Of a stretch of DNA of 64,000 bases, positions 10,135 to 25,100 are shown in pieces. Source of the stretch: Camelus ferus (Eukaryota); contig NC_045697.1 in assembly GCF_009834535.1 (NCBI RefSeq), positions 51,028,001 to 51,092,000 of the forward strand, given 5' to 3'. A model generated the notes under the pieces. The model saw nothing but the letters and a program-made list of their open reading frames with translations. It made no database searches and was not told where the DNA came from. The position numbers and the translations under genes are program-made. Each line of letters begins with the position of its first letter. The first letter of the stretch is position 1.

Positions 10135-13100
10135 TGTGTGTGTGTCTGTGTGTGTGTGTGTGCCTGTGAGTGTGCACGAAGCATGTGAATGTGAATAAAG
10201 ACGTGTGTGCACCAATCGTGAGTCTGGAGGGGAGTGGGTGTGGCTAAGAAAGAAAGAGTGAGAAAGACCCTTCCAAGGAGCCGTCTCCGGGGCTGACACT
10301 CACAGGCGCTGGAGGATCCGGGAGCGAGCCGGCGGACCCCATCACCCGAGTGAGACCGGTCAAGGAACATGTCTCTTTGCTTCTCCTCTGCCACCCTCCC
10401 CTCACACCTCCTCACCTCACACACAGGCATTCTCTACTGAGGGGTGTTGGGACAAAGCCAGGGGAGGTGACGCAGCCACCCCAATGTCCTTCCTGCTCCC
10501 TCCCTTTGGAGCTGATATGATAGGTCAGTTGAACTACATATTTTAAAAAATGAGTGGTACTATTCAAGGATAATTCTTTCCATCCTCATTTACAGATGAT
10601 GGACTGCAGTTCAGATTAAGTTACATGACCAAGACCGCCGGCATAAGAACCCGTGTTTTCCTGACATCTTTTCCTTGACCATGCTGCCGCCAGGGAACCA
10701 GGGCCCCCGCGCTGTCAGAGAGATGTCTGCCTGTGATTGTGCGGTGACTGTGCTCTGGAACCTCCCCAGCCCGGCAGATGGGGCTGGGAGGAAGCAGCGT
10801 CCTACGGGGAGTTCTGCTTCCTTCTGTGTGCCCAGCAATGCCAGTGGAATCTCAGGGGGAAAGAACTAGACGTACCTCTTCACTGAAGCAGGCTGCGGGG
10901 CCCTCGGCCTTGCAGCACGTGGCCACCACCTTAGTGAAATCGGTCAGCAGTGACCGCAGCTTGTCCTCTGTAAGTTCAGGCTTCCATTTCACTAAGTTGA
11001 CCAGAAACCTGTGACCCAACAATGTCAAATAGAATTAATTCATGATTTCTTTCTAAAGTCCTCCTTCTCCAAAAGGCTGGCTATATAGAATCACATGTCT
11101 TAGGAATCTCCTTTTGGGTGAATGTCTAAAGTTAAAATATTCCATGTTTGAAAGGATTTCCTGAATTTGGTTAAACTTATGGGATGGATTCCATGGGGAC
11201 ATTCTTTGGAGGATTTTGTAAGCATGGATAAAATTGTATTAAAAAAATTTAACATATAGTGAGTCTTCATTTTGCACAGTAGTGTAGAATATGTGACTAC
11301 ATTTGATCTTTCTAGATAATTGACTCCCAAAACAACCTCCATTTCCCCTTCTTCAGTAAACAAATACTGTTTCCAGTGCACTTGTATAGACACTGCTTAA
11401 ATTTAAGAAAAAAAAAAAAAAAGAAAGGAAGGAAGAAAGAAAAAAGATCTGATTCCTTGGCATTTAAAGCATTGCCTGAGAAAACAAAAGCAAAATTCCT
11501 GTCCTTTTGGGGGCCTCTCATACCTTCAAACGTTGAGAGAGATTCTCAAAACAATCATCTGTGACACTCTCTCAAGGAAATCTGATCCAGTATGAACCGA
11601 CCATAGGCCTTTCTGGAGCTGCCCTAACTCGCCTCTCCAAATTACAGTCTCAGTGGACATTCCAAGTCTCAAGTAAAGGAAAAGACTAGCTAGATTTTAA
11701 CATATAATTGAAGAGACTTAGACCATTAGACAGAAGGAACAGGATTATGGCACCAAAATCACGTGTCCCTCACAATACACCTTCTCACTGATCTGCGATG
11801 TGTCTTCAGGCTGAAGTAAAAGATGACAGGAGAGAATGTTGGTACCTGTCTTTCTTCCTCTGGAGCTCCTCGTTATGGGCCTGACACAAGTCTGTGTGAA
11901 AGGTAAACAAGCCTTGAGAGGTAGGTGGAGGCACGTAGGCTTTATCCGCTTTCAAGCCCTCAAAGCAGGACCTTCTGAAGGCAAAGTTTGTTTTACAACA
12001 GTGGTCCACAGCAGGGTTGATGTTGTGATATTCATTTATTCCACATAACTCTCCAAGAACTAAATCCATCTGTACCAATGAAAGTTACAACGGAGCTTTG
12101 AAATCTGGTTAAATGAACAGTTAGATCGTTCTAAAAGCACCATCAACTTAAGTCAGAAAAATCCACTCACCCGTAATGTGGCACTACATGCAAAGAAAAG
12201 CAGAGGCCGGGGTCCTCAATGGCATTGTAACAAAAATGGAAGCCACAGCAGTACAAATGCCTATGGCTTAACCCTTACTAGCATGCATGCAAATCTGTGG
12301 TTGTGAGAACAGAGCTGCAAACAGCCAACTGAAAGGGGCAGCAGGACACTGTGGCCCTTAAATTTATTCCCCTCCCGGGACATGGTCCTCCAGGTACTGT
12401 CCACCCCATCCCTAAAGAGATTCACCCAAGAGCTGGCTGGGCTGGAAGCAGCGATTCTCTTACTGACCCAGGGTGGGCAAAAGGGAGAATTTGTAACATA
12501 CTTAAATTTATAAGGTTTTATCATTCTGAAACAACATTGTGACTCCAAGTCATTTGCCCTAATGATTACTTCTAATATAAACAAGAAGTAAGAAAGATGA
12601 TTTGAAGAAACCCAAGAAAATACTTAAGACGTTCCCTTTTACCTCTTTAGGATTTTAACACAGTGAGCCAAAAAGGAGAACTGAACATTCCTTGCTAAAC
12701 AATGTGAAAACACTGAAGAGAGGGCAGATGGATAATCACTATGAATCAGGGAACGCAGATATCCTTTCTGTTTTCTTTTAGGAGTAGTCAGGTATGTGGG
12801 CCGTGCTCACCAAATTATCAACGCAGGCGAACTCTTCACTCAGGGTGCAGCAGGTGGTCAATGCTATCACCATCTCTTTGCCAAGAAAGGTCAGCTCTTC
12901 AGTGGACAGCTGGGGGGCTATCTTTGTGAGTTTGATGAGGTAGCTGAAGGAACATTTGTCTGTTTGGTTCTGAACAAAAGCAGACACCAGTTTCCCCTTG
13001 TCTAGCTATTGGAACCCCATCCCTTCAAGTCTAGGGGCAACCAGTGTAAGGGCAACGTGAGGCTCCGCTCTCTCATAAAAAGATAGAGAACAGTCTCTTT

Positions 13101-16100
13101 ACTCCCTGATTTCCATGCACCCTGCCTCCTAGATCTCTGTATTTCAGCTTCCTTCTAATTTCCTGATAATCTCAGAAACTCTCAGATTTGCCCATCTTGT
13201 TTTACCTATGAGTATAGGAGCTCCTTGGCAGCAAATATCTTGGCTAGTATGTGAAATCCTGCTTGAAATTCCTTGCAGAGTTAATACATATTTTAAAGGG
13301 AAAATTTAATAGATACATGTTGGAAATAGATACTCTGAGATGACAGAAACAAAATCTTTAATGGGCTGAGTTTGACTTCTCAGCTAACAGAATGCAGGAA
13401 TAGTGAAAATCATACTTTTTTAACTGTGTTCTGTTTTGATTTGAAGATGTTTGGTTTCAACACATAATACATTAGCATGGTAATTAATTAAGATAATTCA
13501 GAACAAACTTCATTTTATTCATGAATGCTCACAAGAGTACTTTAAAAATAAATATTAAAGTGGTAAGCACATCCAGAATTATTTCTTTAAACTATTTCTT
13601 TAAACTTAAACTTTAAATTATTTCTTTAAGATAGGCTTAAATCCTGGGAAAACCATCTTTTCCTTGGAAATTGTAACAACCTAAATTTGATCCAGTCCAC
13701 CCTCCAAACCTGCCATGGGGCACACTTCAGAAATTCTGGGTTGAGAGTGAGAAAGGCAAGTGCAAACAAAAACTAAAGTATCAGAGAATCAATTTGTCCA
13801 GAATCCTATCCTATATTTCTTCCATTTCTAGCCTCATTCCTGCTGAAGACTTAATATGACACCTCAATATGCATTCTTGACTTTTGGGTTTTTATTCTTT
13901 CCCAGAGTTTATGAATTCACCACAACTAAAAGCTTGAGCTAAATTTTTGACACTTTGTGGTACTCTTTATCTTACCCTGGTCACAAGTGTTTACCTACTT
14001 GTGCAAACCACTTACTAGTATTTCAAGTCATCCTTCCCCAAATTCTGAAAATGTTCACATTCTTGCTGTACTATCTTGAGGCTTTTCTCAGTTGTCTCAT
14101 TGAATCTGTTTTCCTGAAAATAAGAGCAATCATGTTTATGAAGATTTTATCTAAAATTTAATCAGAAGCTTCATGTCAACTTGTCTAATAGCCTTTTTAA
14201 ATTATATAGTATTTTCAAACTATCATCGCCACACATTATACTAAATTCAGGGGAACTTTTTATGTATGTAAGAATTTGAATCTTTTCTATTATAGTTATA
14301 GACACAGATGTAGTTTTTGATAAAATCTGAAAGTTCACATTTTTCATCAACATTACCTTGTACATTTTATAAAGCTTTCCAGTCTGTAAAGCAGAATTCA
14401 AATCTGATGTTGACAACGGTCATATTTGAAGTCTGTTTAATAATGTAAAATGTTTTTTATGATTCTCACTTTGAAGTGGCCAGAGCAGCTGTTATCTGCC
14501 TTCATGAAGTCAAGAGACTTGCCTAGCCTCACCCAGAAAGTCAGTGTTGCTACAGAACAGTTTTAATTACATGTAATCACATGTATTTTTTATACCTTCT
14601 TTTTCATCCTTTAGAATTGGAACTTACAACCGCCAATAATTGTCTTCAAATATTTGACAAACTGTCTCTCATGTGGCATAAAATTGGACCTCTACTAAGT
14701 GACCACCAGAGAGAAAGCTACACACTAGTGGATGATGCTGTGGGATGAACTGTGTCTCCATGCAATAAAAAGAATTTTCTAGCACTACGATTCATTTAAG
14801 GATCAGGAATAGACCTCCTCATTAGGAAGAGCGGCAAAGATGGGCTGAAACAAGTCTTTTTAGTTCTTGCTCAAATACGAATGGGTGTAAACTGGCTTTT
14901 CTGGCAAGTGGAAGTAATTTTTTAAATAAAGCAAAAGCAGCACATATCAAATAAATGAGAAACAAATCAGAAATGTCAATTCATTTCTGTAATACATAAG
15001 GAGTGCATGTAAACTGATATTAAAAAACACACTAATTTCAACAGGAAAATGGGTAAACAACATGAACAAATTGATCTGGGAAATTTATAACTACGATAGC
15101 TAAAGTCACATGGAAAAAGCTTAATTTCATTAAAAATCAGTTAAATTCTTCAAACGCAGTCATTATTTTTTACATGTAAATCAAGCAAAGTTAATTTCCA
15201 TGTGCAATGTTGGTGAAGATGGGGGGGTGCAAAAAGCGTTTTCAAGTACTGTTATAGGACTAGATGTTGGTAAAAACTTTCTGGAAAGTAACTTGGCCAT
15301 TTTTATCACTTTTTTTTTGAAAGTCTATATATTTTGACCTAATAATTTTCCTTCTGATAATCTATCTTAAGAAAATAACCATAAATATTAATAAAGATAA
15401 ATGGGATGAAATACTTAGGTTGACATAAAATTTTTGAAAACTTAAATAAATGTCCACTATACAGTAAGAGAGCAGTTAAATAAGTTATTATGATGGGATA
15501 TCATTATTTAAAATAAAGTATATTTTGAGGTCTGTTCAATAATATAAAATGTTTTTTATGATACTAAATAAAAAACAGATTCAAAGATTTCTTCAAAAAA
15601 TGTTATCCTAATTTTACTTTTAAACATACACACACACATATCTGCATATATGTATAGAAAATGTTAATTATAGCTATTTCTTGTGACAGAATCAGAAAGG
15701 TTTTGAGGTTTTTTTTTTTTTTGTAACTTTTGGTACTTTCCTAATCATCTTTGATAATCATTTATTATTTTGGCAATTATAAAAAAATTCAATATGTCTC
15801 AAGAAAATAGAGTTCATAAATAAAAATACAAATGCTTAATGTTAATGGAAAGAGTTTTTTGCATCAAGACACAGGGTTAAAGTTCAAAACTTTATGCATA
15901 ACCCAAACTGTTGATACTGGTCTTCCCAATGATCAGCTTACACCGAATTTAAGGTAGACTCAGATTGGTCAATCACGTTTTCTATCCTCTGAACTACAGT
16001 AAAACTTTGGTCATTTTTAAGCATTTGTTGTTTTGTTTTGTTTGTGAATTCTCTGAGCCTACAGGGATGGAACCTACCGCATCTCTGTAACAGTCTGGAG

Positions 16101-19100
16101 GGTTTTCCGTGTTGCAACATTCTCCTAGGAGATCCTCATATGTTTCAGCAATTCTTAACAGCTCTGGTATGGACAGTTCTGTGTGTCTCCTTGAGTATTC
16201 ATAAAGAAACCTGTGATGTGTAAAATAATTTGTGTATTAGAATTTAGAGAAAGAGAGAAACACCAAATCCTGCTCTCTTTTAGTCCAGTCACATCATCTA
16301 ATACTGAGTCCGCTTTCAAATGCAAAGTTCCTCCTTTGGTGTGGTCAGGGGGTGATTTAAGATATTTTGACTAAAGGAGATCATTTCGCAAAGATTCTCT
16401 TCCATATCATGTTGTAAACTAACGATGCTTTTACTTGGAGGGATGGAATGATTAGAGGTATTTAGCATTAATTATTAGAATGATTTAATCCATAAAGCAT
16501 TAGCAATAGTAGATCATGCCACCAATACTTTGGAAAATACGTATCAAGTATAATTCTGTTGGAAAATGCATTTCGATATCCCATCTTGAGATGATGAAAA
16601 TATGGCTTTGTCTCCATTCCTGGTGCCACCTTGAGGAGAGATTATGCAGCATCCTTTGTCTGTTACCTCCTACTGTCACTTGCCAAATATGAGCGTAATC
16701 ACCCCTGCAGCTCTAAATCGTTGGCTGTGGCTTCCATGGCCTCAGTGAGGGTAGAGGTGGGTGTGATTTGGGGAGAAAGCAGGAGAGGGAGTGCGATGAG
16801 GCTAACACTTATTAAGCCCTTAGTAGGTGCTAGGCACTGGATCAAGCTTTGGGCATAGAAGACAAAGATACACTTCCTAGCCTTTATAAACACTTTCTCA
16901 TTTAAATCCACCTAGTTCTCAAGACAAGTACTGTTTTAAGCTGAGGAAACCAAGTCAGACCACTTTAGCACCTTGCTATTAATAGAAGCATAAAATCTGA
17001 ACCTAAGTCCTACAGGATGCCTACTTCATTCTTTTTTAAACCAAGCTGTCTCTCTTCTCAAGGAGAGGTGTTTTCTTTAAGTACCTCAGCTGTGCTATGT
17101 ATAATCTTCTTCAGATAACTATCTTGTCTATTCAAACAATATACGTAAAAATGGTCTATGTTTTGTGAGAGCAATACCTCACAAAAGTTCCTCAAGCCCA
17201 AGGGACTTCTTTCATCTCTTTTTGTTTTGCAGCCTTCAATTCTCTTGGTTTTTCTGACACCGTCTCTCCTGCTTCTCCACCTATCTGTGGGATGCACTCC
17301 CATATCCTAAAGCAATGGTGTTTAACCTTCAGAGAATCAACGTCTCCCCTTAATAGCTCATGTAAGCCATGAACATTTCCCCAGGAATAAAATTACACCT
17401 AAAAACACACCACCAAAGTATTGCAAACAAAACCTCCCAGAAGCCTACCCCAAACTGGCAGATCTGCTGGGGTCTTGCCTCAAATGTTTACACCCCAAAA
17501 AACTGCACCTTCTACTGTTTCTGGCTCAGCATGTCCCTTGTTGCACTATGGTTTCTCCCCAGGCTTCAAACTATCCCTATCTTAGTTGTAACAGTGATGA
17601 TGATGGAGATGATGAGGATGAGGATGCAAATCGCTTCCATTCAGCAAGCACACATCAGATACAAGTGGAATGCATTACATCTATCGTTTAGTTTCATTTG
17701 ACTCAGTATCCATGACTCATGAGAAGCAATAGAGCACCATGGTCAGAAGAGCAGGAGGCTGGAGCCACACTGTTGTGTTTGAATCTGCACTGGTTCCACC
17801 ACATATTAGTTGTGTGACTTTGGAGCAAGTTACTTAACTTCCATGCCTCAGTTTCCTTGCCTGTAAAATGAGGCTATAAAAGTGTTCTAACCTCAGAAGG
17901 TCATTTTGAAAATTAAATTAGTTAATAGACAAGAAGCATTTAAAATTTGCTAGGTGCTCAGTAACCTGTCTCTTCAATCCAGACCTCCTTCCAAAGCTCC
18001 TGGTTCACATATAAAATCATATCATGATGTTACCAACTAGTTACCTGACAGGCACCTCAAAGTCAATGTGGTCGGATTCAAACATATTCTTTCCCACAAA
18101 ACCTTCCCCCATGGGTCCCATCTCATTGAGTCTGAGAACTACTTACCAACCACCTAAGTCCCAAACTGGGATTCATTCCAGATGAAGTTTCTAAAAAACA
18201 AAAGTGATTTTGTCCTTCCTTATTCTTCAGTGAAAACCCGTCAGTGGCATCTCGTTACTTAGCATGCCTGTGTGATCTGACCCCTCTACCCCTCACTATC
18301 CTCTTCTCTCACTGCAGAAACCCTATTTACAACCACGTATAAGCCAAGTAGTTTTGTGCTTCTGTCGGTGTGACCCCTTCTGTCTAGCTCACCAAAATTC
18401 CTTCAAGTACCTCTTCCCCATCAAGCCTTTCCAGGGTCCCCAGGGACTTTCTCCTCTGTCCCCACATGACCTGTATTGTACAGCCTGGTACTGTTAGAAA
18501 TTATAGAATATTTCTTGCACTCATTTATTGATGAGTCTTCCTATTGATGAAAGTTTATTGGGGATAAAAACCTTGTCTAACCAAGTCCCTGGATTATATT
18601 TCATTACCTATAAACTTTGAAGGAATAGTCTTAGATGAATTTTTTATATGATTACCTAAAATACAGAGAAGTTAACTTGTCCCAGTGACTCAGCCAGGAC
18701 TCAACTCTATGCCTTTTGTTTCCAGATCCTCTAGTCTTTCCCCTGAATGGCTGTGGGATGACAGAGGCATGGAAGTTAAGCCTGAAACTTCTGAGGTCAG
18801 ACCTCCAGGGTCAAATCTTTACTCTGCCATATTGTAACTGTGAACCTTGAACAAGTTGCTTAACTTCTTTGTACTTCAGTTTGCTCATCTAAAAACTGGG
18901 AGAAATCATAATTACTTTACATGACTGTGAGAATTAAAATAGATACTCCTATACTTAGCCCATTGTCTGGCACATATCAAGTACTCAATAAATGTTAGCC
19001 ATCACTATAACACAGTTGCATTTTCTTAAAATCATGTAAAAAGACTATATACTATAGCCATGATTTTTTTAAATCATGTGATACCCAATGCTTTAAAAGG

Positions 19101-22100
19101 TTCCTATTCCTTCCACCCACGTTAGCCAAAATAGATCAAATCAAAAGTTCCTGTTTGTCTTATAAATGTCAATATAGAGTTAAGTTACTCAGTCTTGAAG
19201 TTCCCGCGGTCAGCATTTCGTTCCTCACAAACATTGTTGCTTTCAGTAAACTTTGTTTCTCTTAGAGATAAGTCGTTAGGTCTATCATCTTTATTTGAGT
19301 AAATTATGCACTCGCCACGCTCTGGTATCTTCTTTTCACAGCACCCTTTGATTTTGCTGGAGATGGAATCTTGTTTTGAACAAATATGGCTCATAATTTT
19401 GCTCTGTATCAAATAAGAATGAGAGGTGACTTTATTTTCACAGTTTCTTCAGGGTTAGATTTACTGTCATAAATAGTATACAAAATCAACCACTGGCATG
19501 TTGTCTGGAATTGTTTCATCAGCTAATTTGGTAGATAATATTTAAATTTTGTATTGATTTAATACAATGAATTTTCACGTTAATGTGAGCCTTAGTTCTC
19601 AAGATTTTAGATGATATAATTATGAAAAATAGACACAAATTCACATTCATTGTTAAATATTAATCTTTTAAATATTTTACCCTTACTTCAGTGATACATA
19701 GTCATTTTCAATTCTAAATACTGTTTTTTTCCCATAAGCATTCACCTGTGCTTGAATGAGGGCCACCAAGGACATGTTACTGTAATATCTATGATCCTGG
19801 ATTTCTCCTCTTAGGGCCTGAAACTACCTTGCCATGCATGTAGTAGAAACTCAATAAATATTTGATAAGTGAATGAAAGAATGGTAAACAAATAAATCAC
19901 TACAGCAACTACCAGATGAAGACTTCTCAAATGTAAGAAGGTTTCTACTCATTATTGTCATTTTCCTTCAGATATTATTAATTTGAAGCTGTTCAAATGA
20001 CCAAATCATGTACAAAATAGAAAACCTTACTCTGTCCCCTCTCCTGACTCTATCTCAATTCTGACCTCCATATAAAGTTATGGGAATAAAAGAAAAGGTG
20101 AAGTTATCTTGCTTACACATTAGTTACATGATTTTTTAAAAGCTGATCTAGTCCCTAGTCCCTTCTCCGACTCTCCAGAATGAGGCTGCACATTCCTCCT
20201 ACTCTCTTTTCTAGCTTCACGTGATCTATGTTGTGTTCATAAAGCACTAGGCTTTTCCAGACCTCTCTGACTTTGCTCAAGCTGTTCTTCCTGCCTAGAA
20301 TCTTCTTCTGAGGAACACTAAGGCTGAGGAATGAGATGAAGCTCTAGATTGAGGTGAGAAATGGAATGGAGGTTGTCACCACATTTCAAACAAACCACAT
20401 AGAACCAGGGAGCCAAGCTTTGCAAATACATATGCAGCTCACCTAAGGCATCATTCTAGGCAACACATTCAAAATAGAAATGAATTCTCAACTCTAATTC
20501 AAAAAGATACATGCACCCAATATTCATAGCAGCATATATACAATACCCAAGACATGGAAACAACATAAATGTCCATCAACAGATGACTGGATAAAGATGT
20601 TGTGGTGTTTATATACAATGGAATATTACCCAACCATAAAAAAGAATAAAATAATGCCATTTGCAGCAACATGGATGGACCTGGAGATTGTCGTTCTAAG
20701 TGACGTAAGCCACAGCTAGAAAGAAAAATACCATACGATATCACCTACATGTGGAATCTAAAAAAAAAAAAAAACAAACCTCAAATGAACTTATTTACAC
20801 AACAGAAACAGACTCACAGAGATAGAAAACAAACATGGTTACTACAGAAGAAAGAGGTAGGAAGGGATAAATTGGAAATTCAGTATTTGCAGATACTACC
20901 TACTATATATAAAATAGATAAACTACAATTTTATACTATATAGCACAGGGGACTATATGCACTATCTTGTAGTAACCTATAAAATAAAAAAAGATATGAA
21001 AACAAATATATGTATGTATATGTATGACTGAAACATTATGCTGTACACCAGAAATTGACACAACACTAACCTGACTATACTTTAATTGAAAAAAAATTAA
21101 AAAGAAATGAATTATCTCTTATTGTCTGAGAATTCATTTCTATTTTGAATGAATGACAATACAATTCCTCTTATTTTTCCATAAAGGCATCACATAAAAG
21201 GATATTAAGAATATGATATGATTCCTTAGTCTCAGCTCCAAACTTCATAGAAAAATTCTCAATTGTAGCCTACTTCAGTACATTATACTTAATATTATAA
21301 AGCAACATCCTCATAAACAATTAACCAGCACAAAAGTAATAGTGATTGAGATTGCTTTTCATTGGAAAACAGTTAAGGACAAAATAATTCTTGGGGACAA
21401 CTATTGTCAACTACTTGAAATAAAATGTACATATCTCCATATTCTAAAATTCAAGTTATCTAATTAACATAATTAACATGCTGTGAATTAGAAACAGTAA
21501 AGTGAATTAAAAGTCTCTAAGAAAAAAATCTAATTTAATTAGAATTATTAAAATTATTGAAATTCATTAGAAATTAATGAAATTGTATTACCTTTGCGTG
21601 CATGAACAACTTCAGCTAGGTCAACAATATATCTACTAGTATATGCCCTTTAGAGACTAGATTAAGAGTTATTTTGATTGAACGTATCCACTTATTTGGA
21701 AAGATGGTTCCTAAGTAGCCTGAAGAAACTCAGGGAAAGCAGCTCTTAAAAACATAATAACAAATCATTTTCTGACCTTTACTGTTAAATTTCCAATATC
21801 TCTAAAAGAGAATTTGCAATGTTAAAGGAAACTTTAGTCTGGCCTAGATGAATGCTCACAAATTCTAAATTTCTGGAGTTTGTGTCATGCACACTTAGCC
21901 ATATAAGATAGAATCTTCTGAGTCATCTAAAAATAACCCCATGTATAAAAAACTCCAAAGTTTTAATGGGGCTTATTTGTTAGCATTTTATTTTTTATTT
22001 TATTTATTTTATGTTATTATTGAACAATTTATTCACATTCTGATTTTACTGTGGTAAGTAGTCACATGTTAGGGCAACTTCAGAATTTAAAAATGGCTGT

Positions 22101-25100
22101 CCCAAATCACTATTTTACTTGGTTTTATAAAATATTTACCCTGCCGTGAATGCACTCCACAACATCGCCTTCACAGCATCCATCATATTTGGAAGAAACA
22201 TCTTTGAGGAGGGAGGTTAGTTCCTTAAATTCAATCTTGGGGAATTTTTGACTAAGTACAGCAGTGTTTCTGGAAAGAGAATCAGTAAACCATGGAAACA
22301 ACTTGAACAGCAAGTAAGACAAGAGGGAGTTGTTTGCTGTTGCAGTGTAAATAGTGCAGCAGACATTGGTACCCTTGCTTTTTCACCGACGGCTTTACCA
22401 AATAGTGGTTTATCTATTTCACAGCCCACATGATCGTTTTGAAAATCCTAGGCTGATATTTTGAGTCCTGGATAAGGACTGGAAAAAAAAAAAAAGGCCT
22501 GAGAGATGTGCCCTTTTGCATAATTTTTATAGCGTCATTTCTTGTTGTGAGCCCATGGCAGGCATAGATAATCCATCACAGAAACCTTTCCTTCTGATCT
22601 ATTTGAAATCTCAGAATTTTCCACAGGACATTGCACTAGCACCATTACTAATGGATTAGGGTGAGCCTTTGAGATAAAATTTATCCCTGAAGGTTGTCTC
22701 CTAGTCATTAAAATCAAAATGGATGTTAAGTCATGTCTAAAGCATGTGGAGGTTTTAAAACCGTAGTTAGGAACTCCCAGATCCATTCAGATTCCCAACT
22801 AACCAAAAATATCTCAGAAGTAACCCTCTTTCTCTCTGGGTTCTCCCCACCTCCAGGTCTTTTCTCATCCTGACATAATGTCCTGGTTCTGAGCAATCTA
22901 CGCAGACTGAGACCCACCTCAAAACCCCCGGGGAACTAGAAAGAGTATAAATAAAAATTCATCAGTGATGTAACAAAAATGGGACACACACAAGAAAATA
23001 AAAGTAGAGTCAAGACACATATTATAAAACTCACATAGATTGTAAGATTTGTGGTCCAAATTTCATAAGGGCCCCACAGACATTTTTTTGATAAGAAGAC
23101 AATGCTTTTAAATATTGTATGAAATGTTCTGCCTGAAGGATAAAGAAAAAATTTTGTTGAAGCAACAGCAAAAATCCCACTATTCTCTTATTTCTTAACT
23201 AAATGCCAACCAAACAATTCCAAAGTTTGCTCAGAAACAGAAAATCCAAGAGATTTTTATCTTAGGAAATGTATATATCAAAGGAAGTATAAATTTGCAC
23301 CACATTAAAAAGGTGGAGCCAGTCTTCCTAATGACTCAGCTGCACTTGGTGGGAAGATGAGTGGGGTAGTGCGCTGTGAGCTTGTCCATCTCTACCGGGA
23401 TGATTAAATGTTGTGGGTGGCCAAAAGAGGACTCGTCCAGGATAAAGGATACAATGTCTTTCTTACCCTGGTTATTTACTTACTAGGACTTCCTTTCAAT
23501 TTACAAGGAAGACAAAGCCAGAAGAGAGACCCTGGAAATGAGCGATTGTCTTTCAAATGTCTCAGGTAATAAGAAATTTAAATCAGTAGCATGTGGTCAA
23601 TGGGCTGAAAAACCAGTGAAATTGGCAAGAGAATGGTGGATAAATGGTAAACAACTCTTTTGCTATCATTTAATTTTAAGGAGAAATCTACAGTTTTGGA
23701 GTGACTCCCTTTTTTAATGAAATAAATATGCTACTCACCTTTGTGCGAAAGCAGTAAGCTTTTTCTTGTTCTTCGCAACAGGTTTTAGTCATCTCCTCAA
23801 AACGAGCAGCAACGGTTAGAAGTGTAGGAGCAAAAACAAAGGGGTTCCTTCTGGAAATTTCATAGATATAACTATAAAAGAAAAATGGGGAAGAAAGAGG
23901 GAAAGGGGAAAAACAGGGAAAATGAAGGAATGGTAGACAAGGGAAGGGAAGAATGAACGAATTGTGATCAATGAAGCCAGCTATGTTCCTTTGGTATAGA
24001 TATTGGATTTAGCCTAAGATAAATTCTTCAATTAGATCATTTTTCTACTAACATTAAACTTACTTATTTAGAAAAGATTCTCTGTTATTTTTAAAAGTCT
24101 GGCATTTCTCTTCAGGATCCAGAGTAGGGAGAGGAGGCAGAAATCCCACGTCAGCCTTCTTGTTATGGAGGAAACAGAGTTTTCTTTCTACGTCAATCTT
24201 ACGGCAACAGTGTAAAAAGTTATGCTTTTGTGGAAGCCCCTCCATAGCACATATATTTTCCAGTAAAACATCATTCTGGACAACAGAAAAGTAAAAGACA
24301 CTTTTTATTCATTGTAAAGTTTTTCAGCCTTCTGAGATGACAACAAGGGAGAAAACGGGTGGTATGTTACCCTTCGGGGAACAGATTCCAATTTTCCCAA
24401 TATGACCAGCAGAGCATTTTGACCCATACCTTGATAACCATACCACATTTGGGGGCCCTTTCTCTAACCTAACCTGAGGCCCTTTAACCTCTTCCTATTT
24501 CTTTACTGATTACGTTTCCCTTACACAATGACTTTTTTCCTACTCTTGCAAAGTGTCAAGGACAGAACATAATAATGTGTTGGTAAAGTATTAAGTAGTC
24601 AGTTTTAGTAAGAGTTTTCTAAAGATTCAGATGGTGACTCTGTTTGGGGGAAGGCAACAAAAGGGGCTGTGACAGTAGAGCACATATTGAGAGAGGCAGG
24701 GGAGAGGGTACCGCTGTACCTCTGCGGGCTTTGTCAGGCTGTTGGCTGCCTTCCTGCCTGTGTACACATGGCATGGACTGCAAGCTCATAGCCAAGTCCT
24801 CCTGGGCATCATAACACAGAATTGCATCCCTCCTGGGAAGTGCCTTATCCTAAATTCTGCAGTCGGGCAAAATAAAAACAGGAGCGCAGAGCATCTCTCT
24901 TTTTATATTTCCGAGCCAAAAATTCGCTCAGTGTTGACAAATAAGCTTGTTTGTTTAAGAAATGCAAATGATTTACTTACAGCTAATTTTGAACACTCTG
25001 GGAGTGTCCTGTCAGCCAAGCATTTATCTCTGTATTCTGTCATGGCTTTCGCCAACATTTCTACTTCTTCAAAGGATGCCTCCTGAATATATTGAGCAAA

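Noticed and set aside
10053..10430. ORFs with HT/TH repeats
   Set aside because: Translation of the (GT)n microsatellite.
13578..13630. Short tandem duplications of tatttctttaaa
   Set aside because: Ordinary slippage in an AT-rich intron; not a CRISPR-like or structured array.
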